From the NCBI RefSeq assembly GCF_006345805.1, contig NC_043019.1, positions 21,885,360 to 21,949,359 on the forward strand: 64,000 nucleotides of DNA, given 5' to 3'. Positions 1 to 12,332 of the stretch are shown piece after piece (position 1 is the stretch's first letter; each line of letters starts with the position of its first letter). The translations under genes were made by a program, and so were the position numbers. The DNA is from Octopus sinensis. Taxonomy: Eukaryota. Under the pieces are notes generated by a model, which worked only from the letters and a program-made list of their open reading frames with translations, searched no databases and was not told where the DNA came from.

Positions 1-1854
1 GCCCTACAACTGTAAAACAATGCTTCAAATATCTATATTTGTCTAAGCCATGCAAGCATAGAGAAATAATGGACATTAAACAAAGTGGGGTGGAGAGATG
101 TAAGTTCATGACAATGTTGTAGAGTAGAAGTGAGATGACATATTAGAGATAATGCTCTCTAGTCCTAGATCCATGCTGATGGAACAAACCTATAATTAAA
201 AGCTTTCCAGTTATAACTATTCCATCTAATTAAAGGTATCAATGATCACATTATGTAATGTGTCCTTCCCTCATTTTTAACCCTTTCATAACCTTATTAT
301 TAATGAAAATACACAACTTGCATGCTTTAATTAATATTGACAAATAATCTAGAATTTAGAGGAATTAAAGATAACTGGCTTTTTTAATAATAATGTAAAA
401 GTATCTTGGAAGATTTTAATTCATAATTTAATTTAAAACAATTTAAAATAGGAGATTTTGAATCAAAGAACCAAGGTGCAATCTCATGTGGGTTGATAGC
501 AACAGACATAAATAGGTGATGGGGATTTATCTGAGAGTTGGTAGCTATTTCTAGCAAGTGGAGTAACCACATAGAGACTCTCTCTCATTGATTTGTGCAT
601 TAGTGATATTGTTTCTGAGTATATTTTGTTTGGGCTTGGCTTGAATTACTATTGACAAACATGTTGAAAAGAACTTCCATGCAATTATATGAACAAATGC
701 TCATTGTAAAGTGGTCAGATGTGGATTTTGAAAAAAAAAGAAAGATTGATTAATATCAACATACTCGTAACAACCTCTTCTGATAAAGGAATAGCTGAGA
801 GAAGAAAATAATTAAATAAATAATGAGCTGAAGGTAAAATTTCACTTCTTCAAAATCCAATAACTTTGATGATTCACATCAATAATTTGAATTAGATCTG
901 AAGATGAATTATATGTACAGTGCTTCTACCTGGGAAGAGTGTGTATAAAAACGTAAGTAGTATATAAATACTAGGTTGAAAAACCTTTTCAGATAAAAGT
1001 CAAGAGCTACCCAGGGCCCCACAGGCAGCCTTCAAATATTTCCATCTAAAAGAGCTGTTCAACCCAATATTTATATGGCAGAATCATTAGCATGCCAGGC
1101 AAAATGCTTAGAAGCATTTCATCTGTTTTTACATTCAGAGTTCTAATTCCACTGAGGTCGACTTTTACCTTTCATCCTTTAGGGGCCAATAAAAAAAGTA
1201 TCAGTTGATCACTGAAGTTGATGTAATTGACTCACCCCCTCCCTTGAAATTGCTTGACTTGTGCCAAATTTGAAATCAATATTAACATGCTATTTTTTTT
1301 TTCTAATTTTATATGCTTTGTGATCCACTGGTCCTAAAAAGAATTATTTCGTGGCATCGCAAAAGTTTATTAATTCTTCATACACACACACAATTCTGAC
1401 ATCTAATTTTCCATGCTTATATAGGTCAGACAAGGTTATGTTAGTCTTCTGTAGCTGGATACCCTTACTAATGCTAACCCTCACCTGTTTCCAGGCAAGG
1501 GTAATAATCCTTAGGCTACTGAATAGCAAACAATCTGGGAGTGGTTATTAAATGGAAATAAATGACAGCATAAACAAAATGTTCACCATTCATACAAAGA
1601 TCACACATGTTAAGACATGTGAAGCAGCCTGGATATGCTTCAACCATGGACTGCAAAACACATGATTATTGCATATATGAAGAATGATGCTTGCCATACA
1701 AAACATACAAATCTCCACAAAACCATTACCTCAAAAAAGAAAAGAGCCATTAACTTTTTCATTACCCAAATCCACCTGTAGATCATCTGTAACCATTTAT
1801 TACTCTCTCCTCAAACTCTTATGAACCCCCACCCCTGCAATCCATTGTCTGTAT

Positions 1855-2165
1855 GAGGAGGCACATGGCCTAGTGGTCAGAGCAGCGGACTCGCGGTCGA
1901 GGGATCGCAGGTTCGAACCTCAGACCAGGCAATGTGTGTGCCAATGAGCGAAACACCTAAGCTCCACGCGGCTCTGGCAGAAGGTAATGGCGAAACTTCT
2001 GCTGACTCTTTCACCACAACTTTCTCTCACTCTTTCCTCCTGCAGCTTGCAGCTCACCTGCGATGGACCGGTGTCCCGTCCAGGTGGGGAACCTATATGC
2101 CAAGGAAACCAGGAAACCAGCCCTTATGAGCCAGGCATGGCTCGAGAAGGAACAAACAACAACAA
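1855..2165 (+). mobile_element. tRNA-derived SINE, near full length, (AAC)n tail
   Basis: A-box-like TGGCCTAGTGG, B-box-like GGTTCGAACC, body cctgcgatggaccggtgtcccgtccagg, tail aacaaacaacaacaa. Confidence 0.85.
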
Positions 2166-2919
2166 TTGTCTGCATCCTCTCCGATACCCACTTTTTTGTA
2201 TCTCAAGATGTTCTGGCATCCCATCGCTGCTGTCTCTGTCTTCTTTACAGCTACTCCTACTCATATATAATGCAGAGTAGCATTATACCTCCTCTACAGT
2301 AAGACAGCTGGGCTTGTCCTTCCATCACACTTATATTGGTTATCTAACCCACATGAGCATGGAAAAGTAGATGATAAAATTGTGTGTGTGTGTGTGTGCA
2401 TATACATGCGCGCACACACACACACACACTTGGCATAGAACTATCACCCCTCGTTCCCTTCTCAAATATGACATCCCCTCCTTTCAGTTAATGAAGGTTT
2501 TTTCTTCCCCCTTTTTCTTTCTTCCTTTTACTTCCCTGTCTTCCAAGGTACTTGGTAACCTCACTAGTGCTGGTGCCATAAAAAAAACACACACAATACA
2601 CTCTGTAAAGTGGTTGATGTTAGGAAGGGCATCTAGTCACAGAAACCATGCCAAAGCTGACACTGGAGCTTGACACAGCCCTGCAGCCTTCTGGATCCTG
2701 TTAAACCATCTAACCTAAGCCAACATGGGAAATGGATTTTAAATGATGACGATAAGTTTCACTTAATATGAGAATAACCAAAAGTTTTGGAGTATGCCTA
2801 CACCTGAAATACTTGAAGAAAAAGTTATAGAAATCTCAACATAGCTATTAACCTTGCAAGAAATAGCACCTAAATGCCTGCCATTTCACACCCTATCAAA
2901 TTAACTCTTTTAAAACCTA

Positions 2920-3130
2920 TTTCTTTACTACCCACAAGGGGCTAAACACAGAGAGGACAAACAAGGACAGGCAAACAGATTAAGTTGATTATATCGACCC
3001 CAGTGCATAACTGGTTCTTATTTAATCAACCACGAAAGGATGAAAGGCAAAGTCAACCTCGGCAGAATTTGAACTCAGAACGTAATGGCAAACGAAATAT
3101 GGCTACGCATTTCGCCCGGCATGCTAACGT
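2920..3130 (-). mobile_element. SINE family B copy
   Basis: Reverse complement of the copy at 44110-44335 (ggcagaaacgttagc...gttctgagttcaaattc...gtcgatataatcgactt). Confidence 0.85.
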
Positions 3131-3795
3131 TTCCACCTTCCTGAAACAAATCTTAACTCTATGAAACAAATTCATCATTTTAAAATGATCTAAATTAAAA
3201 CCTTACAATAAAATTTTATGTTAATTTATGATCCAAACACCATCTTAATGATAACAAAATTATTTTACTAAAATCTTTATTATTTTCAAAATTAATTGAA
3301 ACAAAGCAGTGTATTTCAACAGAAATATAGTAACAATGGTGTAAGGAAAGGAGATACTGGATAATACAGTCATAATTCCCACTAAAAAAAAGAGAGTTAA
3401 GTCACAGCTTGAAAACCTTTGATCAGACAAGATGACCTGGGGCTAAACAACAACAACAAAAACTTATTTTATAATCTGATCAGCTGCAACCCACTGGTAT
3501 GTCAGATTACAATATTTCAAAGAACACAGCATGTATTGACAGCACTACTGATCCAGTGCAACTGTGCATAACATACATCACCACAGAAATGCATACTATA
3601 ACATGTTCAAAGCATGTGTTCTGTTAAATTAGCTCTACTAACATGGCAGCTAGTTCCGTTTACTGAAGTCACTCACCAACCATCAAGCATACCATGCAGC
3701 CAAGCATCTCTTCAATACAGAAAGGCTCTTTTCATAGTATGAAGGTGCTACGATACATGTAATCTGCAGTAAATAATTTTTCATTTTATTTAGAG

Positions 3796-4177
3796 TTACT
3801 CTTTTACTCTTTTATTTGTTTCAGTCATTTGATTGCGGCCATGATGGAGCAAATCAACCCTGAGACTTATTCTTTGTAAGCTCAGTACTTATTCTATCGG
3901 TCTCTTTTGCCGAACCGCTAAGTGACGGGGACGTAAACACACCAGCATCGGTTGTCAAGCAATGCTAGGGAGACAAACAGAAACACACATACATATATAT
4001 ATACATATATACGACAGGCTTCTTTCAGTTTCCGTCTACCAAATCCACTCACAAGGCATTGGTCGGCCCGGGGCTATAGCAGAAGACACTTGCCCAAGAT
4101 GCCACGCAGTGGGACTGAACCCAGAACCATGTGGTTGGTTTGCAAGCTACTTACCACACAGCCACTCCTGCGCCTAT
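3796..4177 (-). mobile_element. SINE family A (tRNA head, CORE-like body), near full length
   Basis: Reverse complement of 40497-40872; head ataggcgcaggagtggctgtgtggtaagtagc, core ggcatcttgggcaagtgtcttc. Confidence 0.9.
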
Positions 4178-4400
4178 ATTTAAATTTTTTTTTTTTATCT
4201 TCTTGACTACTGTCAGTTATTAGACAATGGCCATTCTGAAGCAACCAGCTTCATTATTTCAATCATTTTTATTTATAGAGGGAAAGCAAAACATTCTCAA
4301 AACAAAAGTTTTGCTAAGATTAATGTAGCAACACAAATTATCTATATGCAAAAAGTAAAAAATAAAATTATAATAAACAAATTTGCAACAAGCTCCAGGT

Positions 4401-4630
4401 ATATGAGGTGGTATCAAAAAGTTCCTGAACTAATTATGTTTAATAAAAATAACTTATTTACCTAAATTTTAACACCATCTCCTTCAAAATAGTCACCTTG
4501 CATAGCAATACATAGGTCCCAGTGCTCCTGCCACTTTTGGAATTTGGCCCAGAAGTTGTTTCCTGTAAATTAGTCAATGAAACTTCTGTGATTCACTCTT
4601 GATTTTGAATGGTGTTAAAATGGCAACCTT
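4401..4630 (+). mobile_element. mariner-like DNA transposon end remnant
   Basis: atgaggtggtatcaaaaagttcc resembles a mariner TIR. Confidence 0.55.
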
Positions 4631-4996
4631 TGAGCTGCATCCCAGATCAAATGGACAGGTAGAGCTTTGAGAAAAGCAAACAAGTAAGTCACAGACGAAG
4701 TCACTCTGCAGCAATTCCTAAGGGTATACAGGGTGACACCAAACCCCAATACACCAACAGGAAGCTCATCAGCAAAACTGATGTTTGTGAGGAAGGTGAA
4801 ATCAGTTCTTGAACTACAACTCCTCTTCTAACTGCATCTTTCTCTTTCTCACATTTCCACTTCCCCTTGAGAATGTTTCACATTTCACCAGAAATACTTC
4901 CATTTATATTTGTTAATCACAAACTAGAGTCACACATTACTTTCCCATTTCATTTGCATTTTATGCTCATATACAGCACCCACCATATTTTGCTTT

Positions 4997-5205
4997 TTAA
5001 TTTTTAGCATTTAAGCTGGCTATAACTGGCCCAAGTATTTTATCTGTTTCATGATCAAACTGGCCAAATCTTCCCTCTCACACCTACCTTACAATCATAC
5101 CACTGAAATCTCAAAACTATGAGATAATGCATGATTAATTCAAAACAATGCAAATAAATAAGCATTATATATGCTGCAGTAATCACCAGAATGCTGAAGG
5201 GTTAA
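4997..5205. mobile_element. TTAA-bounded MITE (piggyBac-like ends)
   Basis: Homologous to 11617-11845; ends atgctgaagggTTAA. Confidence 0.75.
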
Positions 5206-5500
5206 ATCTTTCTAAGCGTTGCTATACCTGACTCATCTTTCACTCAAAAGGAAAAAAGAAATATATCGGATTTTCAAGATTTATTTCAGACTTTGAAATT
5301 TCAGAGAAACGATTATTAACTTCATTAGAAGCATTAAGAATTATTAACTATAGGTGCTTTAGGGTTAACACTGTGTTTTACAAACAGAACAGACGAAGAA
5401 ATAGATAAATGAATAAATAAACAAAGAGAGAATAATCTTATTATTAGATCTATTTAGGAAGGAATCTCAAGGTTTCAATTGTAAAACAAGCTCTTTCCAG

Positions 5501-5578
5501 GATGTAACTGATGACATAAACATGAGATATGATCAAGGTTTTGACATTTGCAAATGGAAATTGAATTTAGATATAAAG
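5501..5578 (+). CDS. candidate exon DVTDDINMRYDQGFDICKWKLNLDIK (phase 0-0), gene unknown
   Basis: ctctttccag acceptor, AAG|gtacct donor, 78 nt, only one frame open. Confidence 0.35.
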
Positions 5579-5580
5579 GT

Positions 5581-5631
5581 ACCTAAGAGTGTGTGTGTGT
5601 GCATGTGTGTATCTGTCTGTCTCTGTTTCTT

Positions 5632-5717
<86 letters not shown>

Positions 5718-5754
5718 AGATAGATAGATAGCTATATATATATATATATATATA

Positions 5755-5805
<51 letters not shown>

Positions 5806-5839
5806 GGAGGGAGAGAGAGAGAGAGGAGAGAGAGAGAGG

Positions 5840-5877
<38 letters not shown>

Positions 5878-5885
5878 CATATATG
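5581..5885. repeat. compound (GT)/(CT)/(TA)/(GA)/(GATA) microsatellite with internal duplication
   Basis: Visible directly. Confidence 0.95.
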
Positions 5886-6954
5886 CATAGAAGGACCTAC
5901 ACAGATACAGAATGAGAAACAGAAATGAGAAACTCAGAGTGGGGCTTTAGTACCAAATATTTTACACATGTTTTGCTTTTATGTCAGTTTCAAGATACCA
6001 AACTTTCTGTTTATGCAAGACATAAAGACATCACCATTGCCCAAGCGATATCAATGTTGGGTCATGGGTGGGAGGTTCAAGAAGGTATCAGCTCACAACT
6101 ACATCATCATCATCGTTTAATGTCATCTTCTATGCTAGGGTTATGGGTTGGACGGTTCATCAGGGATCTGACAAGACAAAGGACTGTGTTGAGCTGCAGT
6201 GTTTGCGTTGTCATAGTTTCTACAATTGGGTACTCCTCCTAATGCTAACCAGTGGGTACTAAATGCTTTTGTTATTTTTACAAAACTGAAACAAGTGAGA
6301 TGACCAAATAATTTGCAAGACAAAAAGGCCCTCTTGACTGTATACAGACAGAAAGGTGGTTTATGCTAGGTGTTCAGAAACTGAAGTACAAGAGATTGTC
6401 AAGCTCAGATACCTGGCTGTAAAAGAGACACATGGCTACCTCACATTTTATTATATATATATACACACAGGAACATAAACAATTAGTAAAAGCACAGGAC
6501 ATGTTACTAAGTTATAGTCACTTCTGAGTGATGGTTGTTATATATATTATTGTAGGAAAGTTGGTGTTAAAATGTCAAAACACATTAAATAGCTGTTCAT
6601 TTACAGTAGTTTAAATTCATGGCAGGTAAATGTGTATATGTACAACAAACATATTGGTGTGTTAAAAGCAGATGTTCTTTTGTGTGTGTGTGTGCATGCG
6701 TGTACACACACACAGACTCTCACTCAATTATATGATGATGTATATTTTATGATAATATGATCTGTAATAATATGGTATACATTTATAAAGAAAACACCCC
6801 TTGTTAGTGTTTGCCTACAGCAATTGAATTTGAATAGTAGTTCAATGGTAATGATGAAAGCAATGACAATGATGATGACAAAGGTGATATTGGTGATGAT
6901 GATGATGTCAATCATTACGATGGTTGTAGCGATGATAATAACAGTAGTGGCAAA

Positions 6955-7110
6955 GAAGGAGAAGAAGAAGAAGAAGAAGAAGAAGAAGAAGAAGAAGAAG
7001 AAGAAGAAGAAGAAGAAGAAGAAGAAGAAGAAGAAGAAGAAGAAGAAGAAGAAGAAGGAGGAGAAGAAGAAGAAGAAGGAGGAGAAGAAGAAGAAGAAGA
7101 AGAAGAAGAA
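6955..7110 (+). repeat. (GAA)n tract with GGA interruptions
   Basis: About 150 bp of GAA; source of the poly-K/F/L ORFs. Confidence 0.98.
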
Positions 7111-7214
7111 AATCAAAACATGGAGAACAAAAGCACAGCAAATTTACCTTTTACTTTCTCTTTTTTAATGTAAAAATCCCAAGTAAAGCTAAAAGAATGT
7201 TCCAAGAACCGTCA

Positions 7215-7256
7215 TACTCACCTGCAACATAAAAATAATAACAAAGATTATTAGAA
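7215..7256 (-). other. AG|GT junction: recursive-splice-like site, or acceptor of an exon beginning GTGAGT
   Basis: Minus strand ttctaat...ctttgttattatttttatgttgcag|gtgagtat. Confidence 0.5.
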
Positions 7257-8149
7257 TTCAGTTATGAAAGTTCATTGATTTCAAACATAAGTATAAACAA
7301 AGACACAAATTTTAGACTAAGAGGGCTACAAGTGATTGATTATATCAACCTCAAGTAGATGACTGTTCCTTCAAGCAATGAAAAGCAAAGTGGAGCCTGG
7401 CAGGATCTAAACACTGTAAATAAACACAGTCAAGACATTTTGCTCCACACTCTACCGAGTTAGCCAGACCACAGTGCTCAAATAAGAAATTCATATAACA
7501 GTCAATAAGAAGTCTTTAGGTGGTTGTCAATCTGCTAGAAAAAAAAACAAATTACACGTAAATGTCTTGAAAAGAGAGAAATACACAGGATAACACATTC
7601 ATGAATCTACAATGTTTGAGGAATGCATGGAATAGTGATGGGTGGAATATCTTTGATTATGAGTCTATTTTTTCATCAGGATTGACCTAGGGCTAAACAA
7701 GAACATTTGATTAATACAAGTAAATTCCACAACACTAAGTAAATTCATGCAGCGAGATTAAGGTCTTCACACATAGAATCTTGTTTATAAGCCTCAATAA
7801 AGAAAAAAGATATTGGCTTCACAACAATTAATGAAAAAAATGTCTAGAGGAAAATAAATAGGCTACTAGCAAACTCTATGATCAATCTTTTAATCACAGT
7901 TTGACCATAGTTGGGTGGAAGGGAGGCTGTAGCTTTAAGTGACTTGTCTAAAGACCCAATGAAACCAGCTACTGTAAATTTGAACACATGAATCCTGCAA
8001 AGGTTACTTTCACCTATTATCGTGCCAAGGTTTCATAATTAAAGACCCAGTTTGTGGTAGTGGGTGATGTGTGGAATTGTTGGAAAGTTAGATGGGTGCT
8101 TTGGAAATGACATGCTGTACTACTTGGCATTTGCGCCAGAAGCTCAAAT

Positions 8150-8780
8150 AAGAACATTTCAGAATGCTTGGGTGTCAATCTGAGGATATGTTCCAAGAGT
8201 GATAAAAATCAAATATCTTGTCAACATCATGGTGTTTGGAGTGATCACTAGTGATGGTGATGTTATACCACCATTCATCTTCCCTCAGACTCAACACGGA
8301 GGCCTACATCAAGTGCCTGGAGGAAGTAGTGCTGCCTTCAGTCAAGAGGGTGGCTACTGGAACACTCTATGTCTGGCAACAGGACTCTGCACCATGCCAC
8401 ACAAGCAGGAGAACCTAGTCATGGCTGTCAGACAATTTCTGCGACCACATTTCCCCTAACATCTGGCCACCTAACTCCCCAGACTGCAACCTGGTTGATT
8501 ATTATGTGTGGGGTACAGTTGCGCGAGAGACAACAAAACTCCTTGTAACACCAAAGATAAACTGAAGGCAAGAATTATCGCAGCATTCACTAACTTAAAC
8601 AAGGAGACCGTCCAGAAGAGTTGCAGGAGATTCCGATGGCGATTTTACTGAATAAATTTATTCTTTAGTATTTCAAGATATTTTTATGTAATTTTGGTAA
8701 ATATATCTGTTAAAATGAGATACCAGTGTTATTTTCATTTTTGCATGACTTAGACGACAGTCTATTCACTACACCCTATA
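8150..8780 (+). mobile_element. Tc1/mariner DD37D (maT-type) transposase 3' fragment with right end; pseudogenised
   Basis: VWQQDSAPCHTSRRT*SWLSDNFCDHISPNIWPPNSPDCNLVDYYVWG, 37 residues between the last two D; ends caccc-TA. Confidence 0.88.
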
Positions 8781-8799
8781 TATATATATATATATATAT

Positions 8800-8905
8800 C
8801 ATCATCATCATCATCATCATCATTTAACGTCCGCTTTCCATGCTAGCATGGGTTGGACGGTTCAACTGGGGTCTGGGGAGCCTGAAGGCTGCACCAGGCC
8901 AGTCA
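8800..8905 (-). mobile_element. SINE 3' fragment with (ATG)n tail (same family as 45590-46070)
   Basis: catcatcatttaacgtccgctttccatgctagcatgggttggacggttcaactgggg; also at 27262-27405 (+) and 63542-63730 (-). Confidence 0.85.
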
Positions 8906-9370
8906 TATATATATATATATATATATAAACACATACACACACCACAATTTTCTTTCAGTTACCATCTACCAAATCCACTCACAAAGCTTTGGTTGACTGG
9001 AGGCTATAGTAGAAGACACTTGTCCAAAGTGACATGCAGTGGAACTGAACCTGAAGCCATGCCTAAAATATGCATACATACACACACACAAGTATGCATG
9101 TATGTATATATGTATGTATGTATGTAAAACGATAATTTTAATTACATTTGTTGCTAAGTTGTTTATAGCTTCAAATAGCAAATGAAAATAAAATATTTCG
9201 TTCATTCATCTCTCAAAACAGTTTTAAATCTAATTTTAACTTTCAAACAGATTTCGATGTGTGTGGCTGGGTTTAAATAAATAAATTAAGCTTAATGAAA
9301 CATACATTCCAAACGCATAATACCATGTCACATCGCAAACACCACATTTACGTGCTCATCAGCAAAAACT

Positions 9371-10510
9371 ACAGGTACACATGCTAATAGACACAATCAT
9401 ACACATAATCTAATACACACAGACATACACATAGAAACCAAACACACACGTTATACATGCACACACGTCTGTCTCTCTTTCTAACACACACATGCACTCG
9501 CACCCATTCCCTTACCCTTCCTCCTCCATCTCTTACAGGTCCTTCCCTTCCCCTTATTCTAGTTCTGTGCATCTCTCTTCTTTCAGACCCCTCACCACAA
9601 TCACATCCTCTTCCTATTATTTCCCCTTCCCCTACATCCCTCCATCCCCCTCAATACAGAATTCATTCCTAAACTGACTACAATACTCTCTGATTTACCT
9701 CCAATTTACTCGGAGAGCAAACAAGGCAGTAGTTAAATCCTTGAGAAAAAGAAGAAAAAAAAATCATTTTCTTTTTTCTTTCTTTTTATCCTTTTTTTTC
9801 TTTCTTCTCTCCTTAAAATTATTATTATTATTATTATTATCATTACTATTTAAACTTTTGATCTTTTGAATGTGTTTGTGTGTAAAAAAAAAAAAAATAA
9901 ACAAAAAAGATTAAAAGAAGAAAAAAAGATGTAGATTCTTGACATAAAGTGTTTCTCTTTGAAGGTTTTATGGGAGATAAAGAAAAAAAAACTGGGAAAA
10001 AAAAAACAACAACCAACCAAAAAGTCTCAATGAATTTACCTCCAAAGAAATGAAGCATGACATTCACCTATTTGCGTGCTTGGTTGTGTATTTGATGTGT
10101 GAGGTTGTGCATGTGTGCACATTAGGTCGTGGGTGTGTGTGCGAAGCAGGCATTTGTGGCATAGAAGCATGTGTAACACTCACCTATTTATGTGTGTAAG
10201 GTTGTGCGTGTGTGGTAGTCTGAGTGTAGGTGGTGTGTCTTATTCCGTCTTGTGCGTGTTTAAGCATAGTATCTATGTTATGTGTTTGTGTGCATCTATG
10301 TGTTATGTTTAGTTTGTTCTGCATGTGTTTGTGTATAACGTGTGTGTGTGTGTGTGTGTGTTTGGTTTCTATGTGTATGTCTGTGTGTATCAGATTATGT
10401 GTATGATTGCGTGCATGAGTGTGTGTGTTAGCATGTGTGTGTAGTGTACTTGTAAGGGTATGTAAGAGATGGAGGAGGAAAGGTAAGGGAATGGATGCAT
10501 GTGTGTGTGA
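9371..10510. repeat. inverted duplication in two blocks: A 9371-9456 / A' 10333-10453; B 9481-9537 / B' 10461-10510
   Basis: tttggtttctatgtgtatgtctgtgtgtat and tgtaagagatggaggaggaa(a/g)ggtaagggaatgg match reverse complements about 0.9 kb upstream. Confidence 0.9.
9699..9739 (-). CDS. candidate 41-nt microexon (GFNYCLVCSPSKLE or DLTTALFALRVNW)
   Basis: ttttttttcttctttttctcaag acceptor, GAG|gtaaat donor. Confidence 0.5.
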
Positions 10511-11004
10511 GAGAGAGGGAGAGATAGATAGATAGACTGAAAGAGAAGGAAAACTGAAAGAGAAAGAGAGACAGAGAGTTTAAGAGAGAGAGTTTAAGAG
10601 AGAGAGAGAGAGAGACTGGAGAGAGAGAGAGAAAGTAGCAAGTAAGAAAATGTGGAGAAAACAACCAAGAGATATGTGAGAGAAAAGTTGTCAAAGAAAA
10701 AAGCAGAGAGAGGGGTGAATGAGAAGAAAAGAAAAAAGAGAAGAAAAGAAAAAGGAAAAGAGACAGAGAGGGTACAGTAGAAAAAGGAGGAAAGGGAGAT
10801 GAAAAAAAGAGAGCAAAGGCAAGACAGATGGAAGGAAGAAGTGAGGAAGAAGAGAGAGAGGAAAGAGAGAAGGGAGGTAAAAGAGGAGAGAGAAAGAGTG
10901 GAGAAGAGAGAAGTAGAAAGAAAAAGAAAGAAAAAAAGAAATTTGTAGGGGAGAGTAATGAAGTGAGTTTCCCCAAAGTATATTATATTATTGGCACTTC
11001 GTTA

Positions 11005-11172
11005 GTTCTGACAACGAGGGTTCCAGTTAATCTGATCGACAGAACAGCCTGTTCATGAAATTAACATGCAGGTGGCTGAGTACTCTACAGATATGTGTAC
11101 CTCAACATAGTTCCCAGGGAGATTCGACATGACACAGAATATGACAAGGCAAGCCCTTTGAATTACAAGTAC
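11005..11172 (-). mobile_element. 3' fragment of the SINE family seen at 39547
   Basis: Reverse complement similar to 39760-39920. Confidence 0.75.
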
Positions 11173-11325
11173 ACTTTAAGTATATAGTATTACTGATATT
11201 TAATATATTAGTTGGTCGATCAAACTCCTAAAACTACAACCTATCATCTTAAAATCAGTAAAGCACACCTTGATAAATGTAGTCCTAAATACATTAGGCA
11301 AAGTATAGTATTTTTTTTTAAATGC

Positions 11326-11616
11326 TTAGGCATGGCTGTATGGTAAGAAGCTTGCTTCTCTACCACTTGGTTCTGGGTTCAGTCCCATTGTGTGGCACCT
11401 TGGGCAAGCATCTTCTACTATAGCCTCAGGCTGGCCAAAGCCTTGAGAGTGGATTTGGTAGACAGAAACTGAAAGAAACCCCGTCTGTCATATGCATGTG
11501 TGTGCATGTGTGTGTCTGTGTTGTGCCCCACTACCACTTGACAATTAGTGCTGGTGTGTTTACATGCTCCTAACTGAGTGGTTCTGTAAGAGATTGATAG
11601 AATAAGTATCAGGCTT
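11326..11616 (+). mobile_element. SINE family A copy
   Basis: atggctgtatggtaagaagc...gtggcaccttgggcaagc. Confidence 0.85.
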
Positions 11617-11845
11617 TTAACCCTTTAGCATTTAAACTGTCCATATCCAGCCAAAAGTATTCTGCCTGTTTTATGTTCAAACTGGCCAGATCTGGTCTCT
11701 CACACCAACCCTACAATATTGTTTTAAAAATTAACAGCTACCTCATCAAAATCTCATAGCTACAAGATAATGCATGATTGGTTCAAAACAATGTGGATGA
11801 AAAAGCATTAATTTTGGCAGAATAATGCAAACACTAAAGGGTTAA
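11617..11845. mobile_element. TTAA-flanked MITE inserted in the SINE tail
   Basis: TTAAccctttagcattt...cactaaagggTTAA. Confidence 0.85.
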
Positions 11846-12303
11846 AAGAAAAATAAATACTGGTGCCAATATATTAAACTAAAAATTCTTTAAGGTGGTG
11901 CCCCAGCATGGTCACAGTCTGTTGAGTGAAACAAGTAAAAAAAAAATTAAAAGAAAGTCATATATGAATGTCTTTCACCATATATCTGCACAAAAAAGGT
12001 TGACCTAGGGTTAAACAGCAGTTAACTGAACACAGATTCAATAAGGAAACCTCTACATGGTAATAAAACCTTCTAGAAATAGCAACCAAATATCCCTATA
12101 AAAAGAATTTATAAAATGCAAAGCACAGTATTATCTTTAAACAAAAAGAAAGGAAGGATACATCAGGATAATAAAGTCTTAAGATATATTTGCTTGAAAG
12201 AAAAGACAGGATGGTCACAGCTGGTATGCCTTTCTTCTCTTTCAAAGTATGCTGGATCGATAACAAATGTAACTCAGAAAACAATAAGTATTCTTTGACA
12301 CAC

Positions 12304-12332
12304 CTTCCCCTCCCCGCCCACGCCATTCTCTT
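12304..12332 (-). CDS. candidate 29-nt microexon (EENGVGGEGK or REWRGRGGE)
   Basis: tttatttatttatatattgccag acceptor, AAG|gtgtgt donor, GC-rich with CpG in an AT-rich flank. Confidence 0.45.

Noticed and set aside
1855-1930. Possible tRNA gene (also 39550-39625, 40500-40575, 58345-58425)
   Set aside because: No complete cloverleaf; each runs into a repeat body, so these are SINE-type heads
2381-2430. (GT)n..(CA)n fold-back
   Set aside because: Adjacent complementary microsatellites are common in this window
5533-5888. SL/YI-rich ORFs
   Set aside because: Dinucleotide repeat artefacts
6724-7168. Poly-K, poly-F and poly-L ORFs
   Set aside because: Translations of the GAA microsatellite
9350-9365. 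CTGATGA on the minus strand
   Set aside because: No stem II-GAAA-stem III layout
10037-10065. Minus-strand segment ending TTGGAG|gtaaat like the 9699 exon (possible mutually exclusive partner)
   Set aside because: No polypyrimidine acceptor; similarity limited to about 12 nt
10428-11058. 182-aa and 76-aa ORFs
   Set aside because: Purine-rich low-complexity tract
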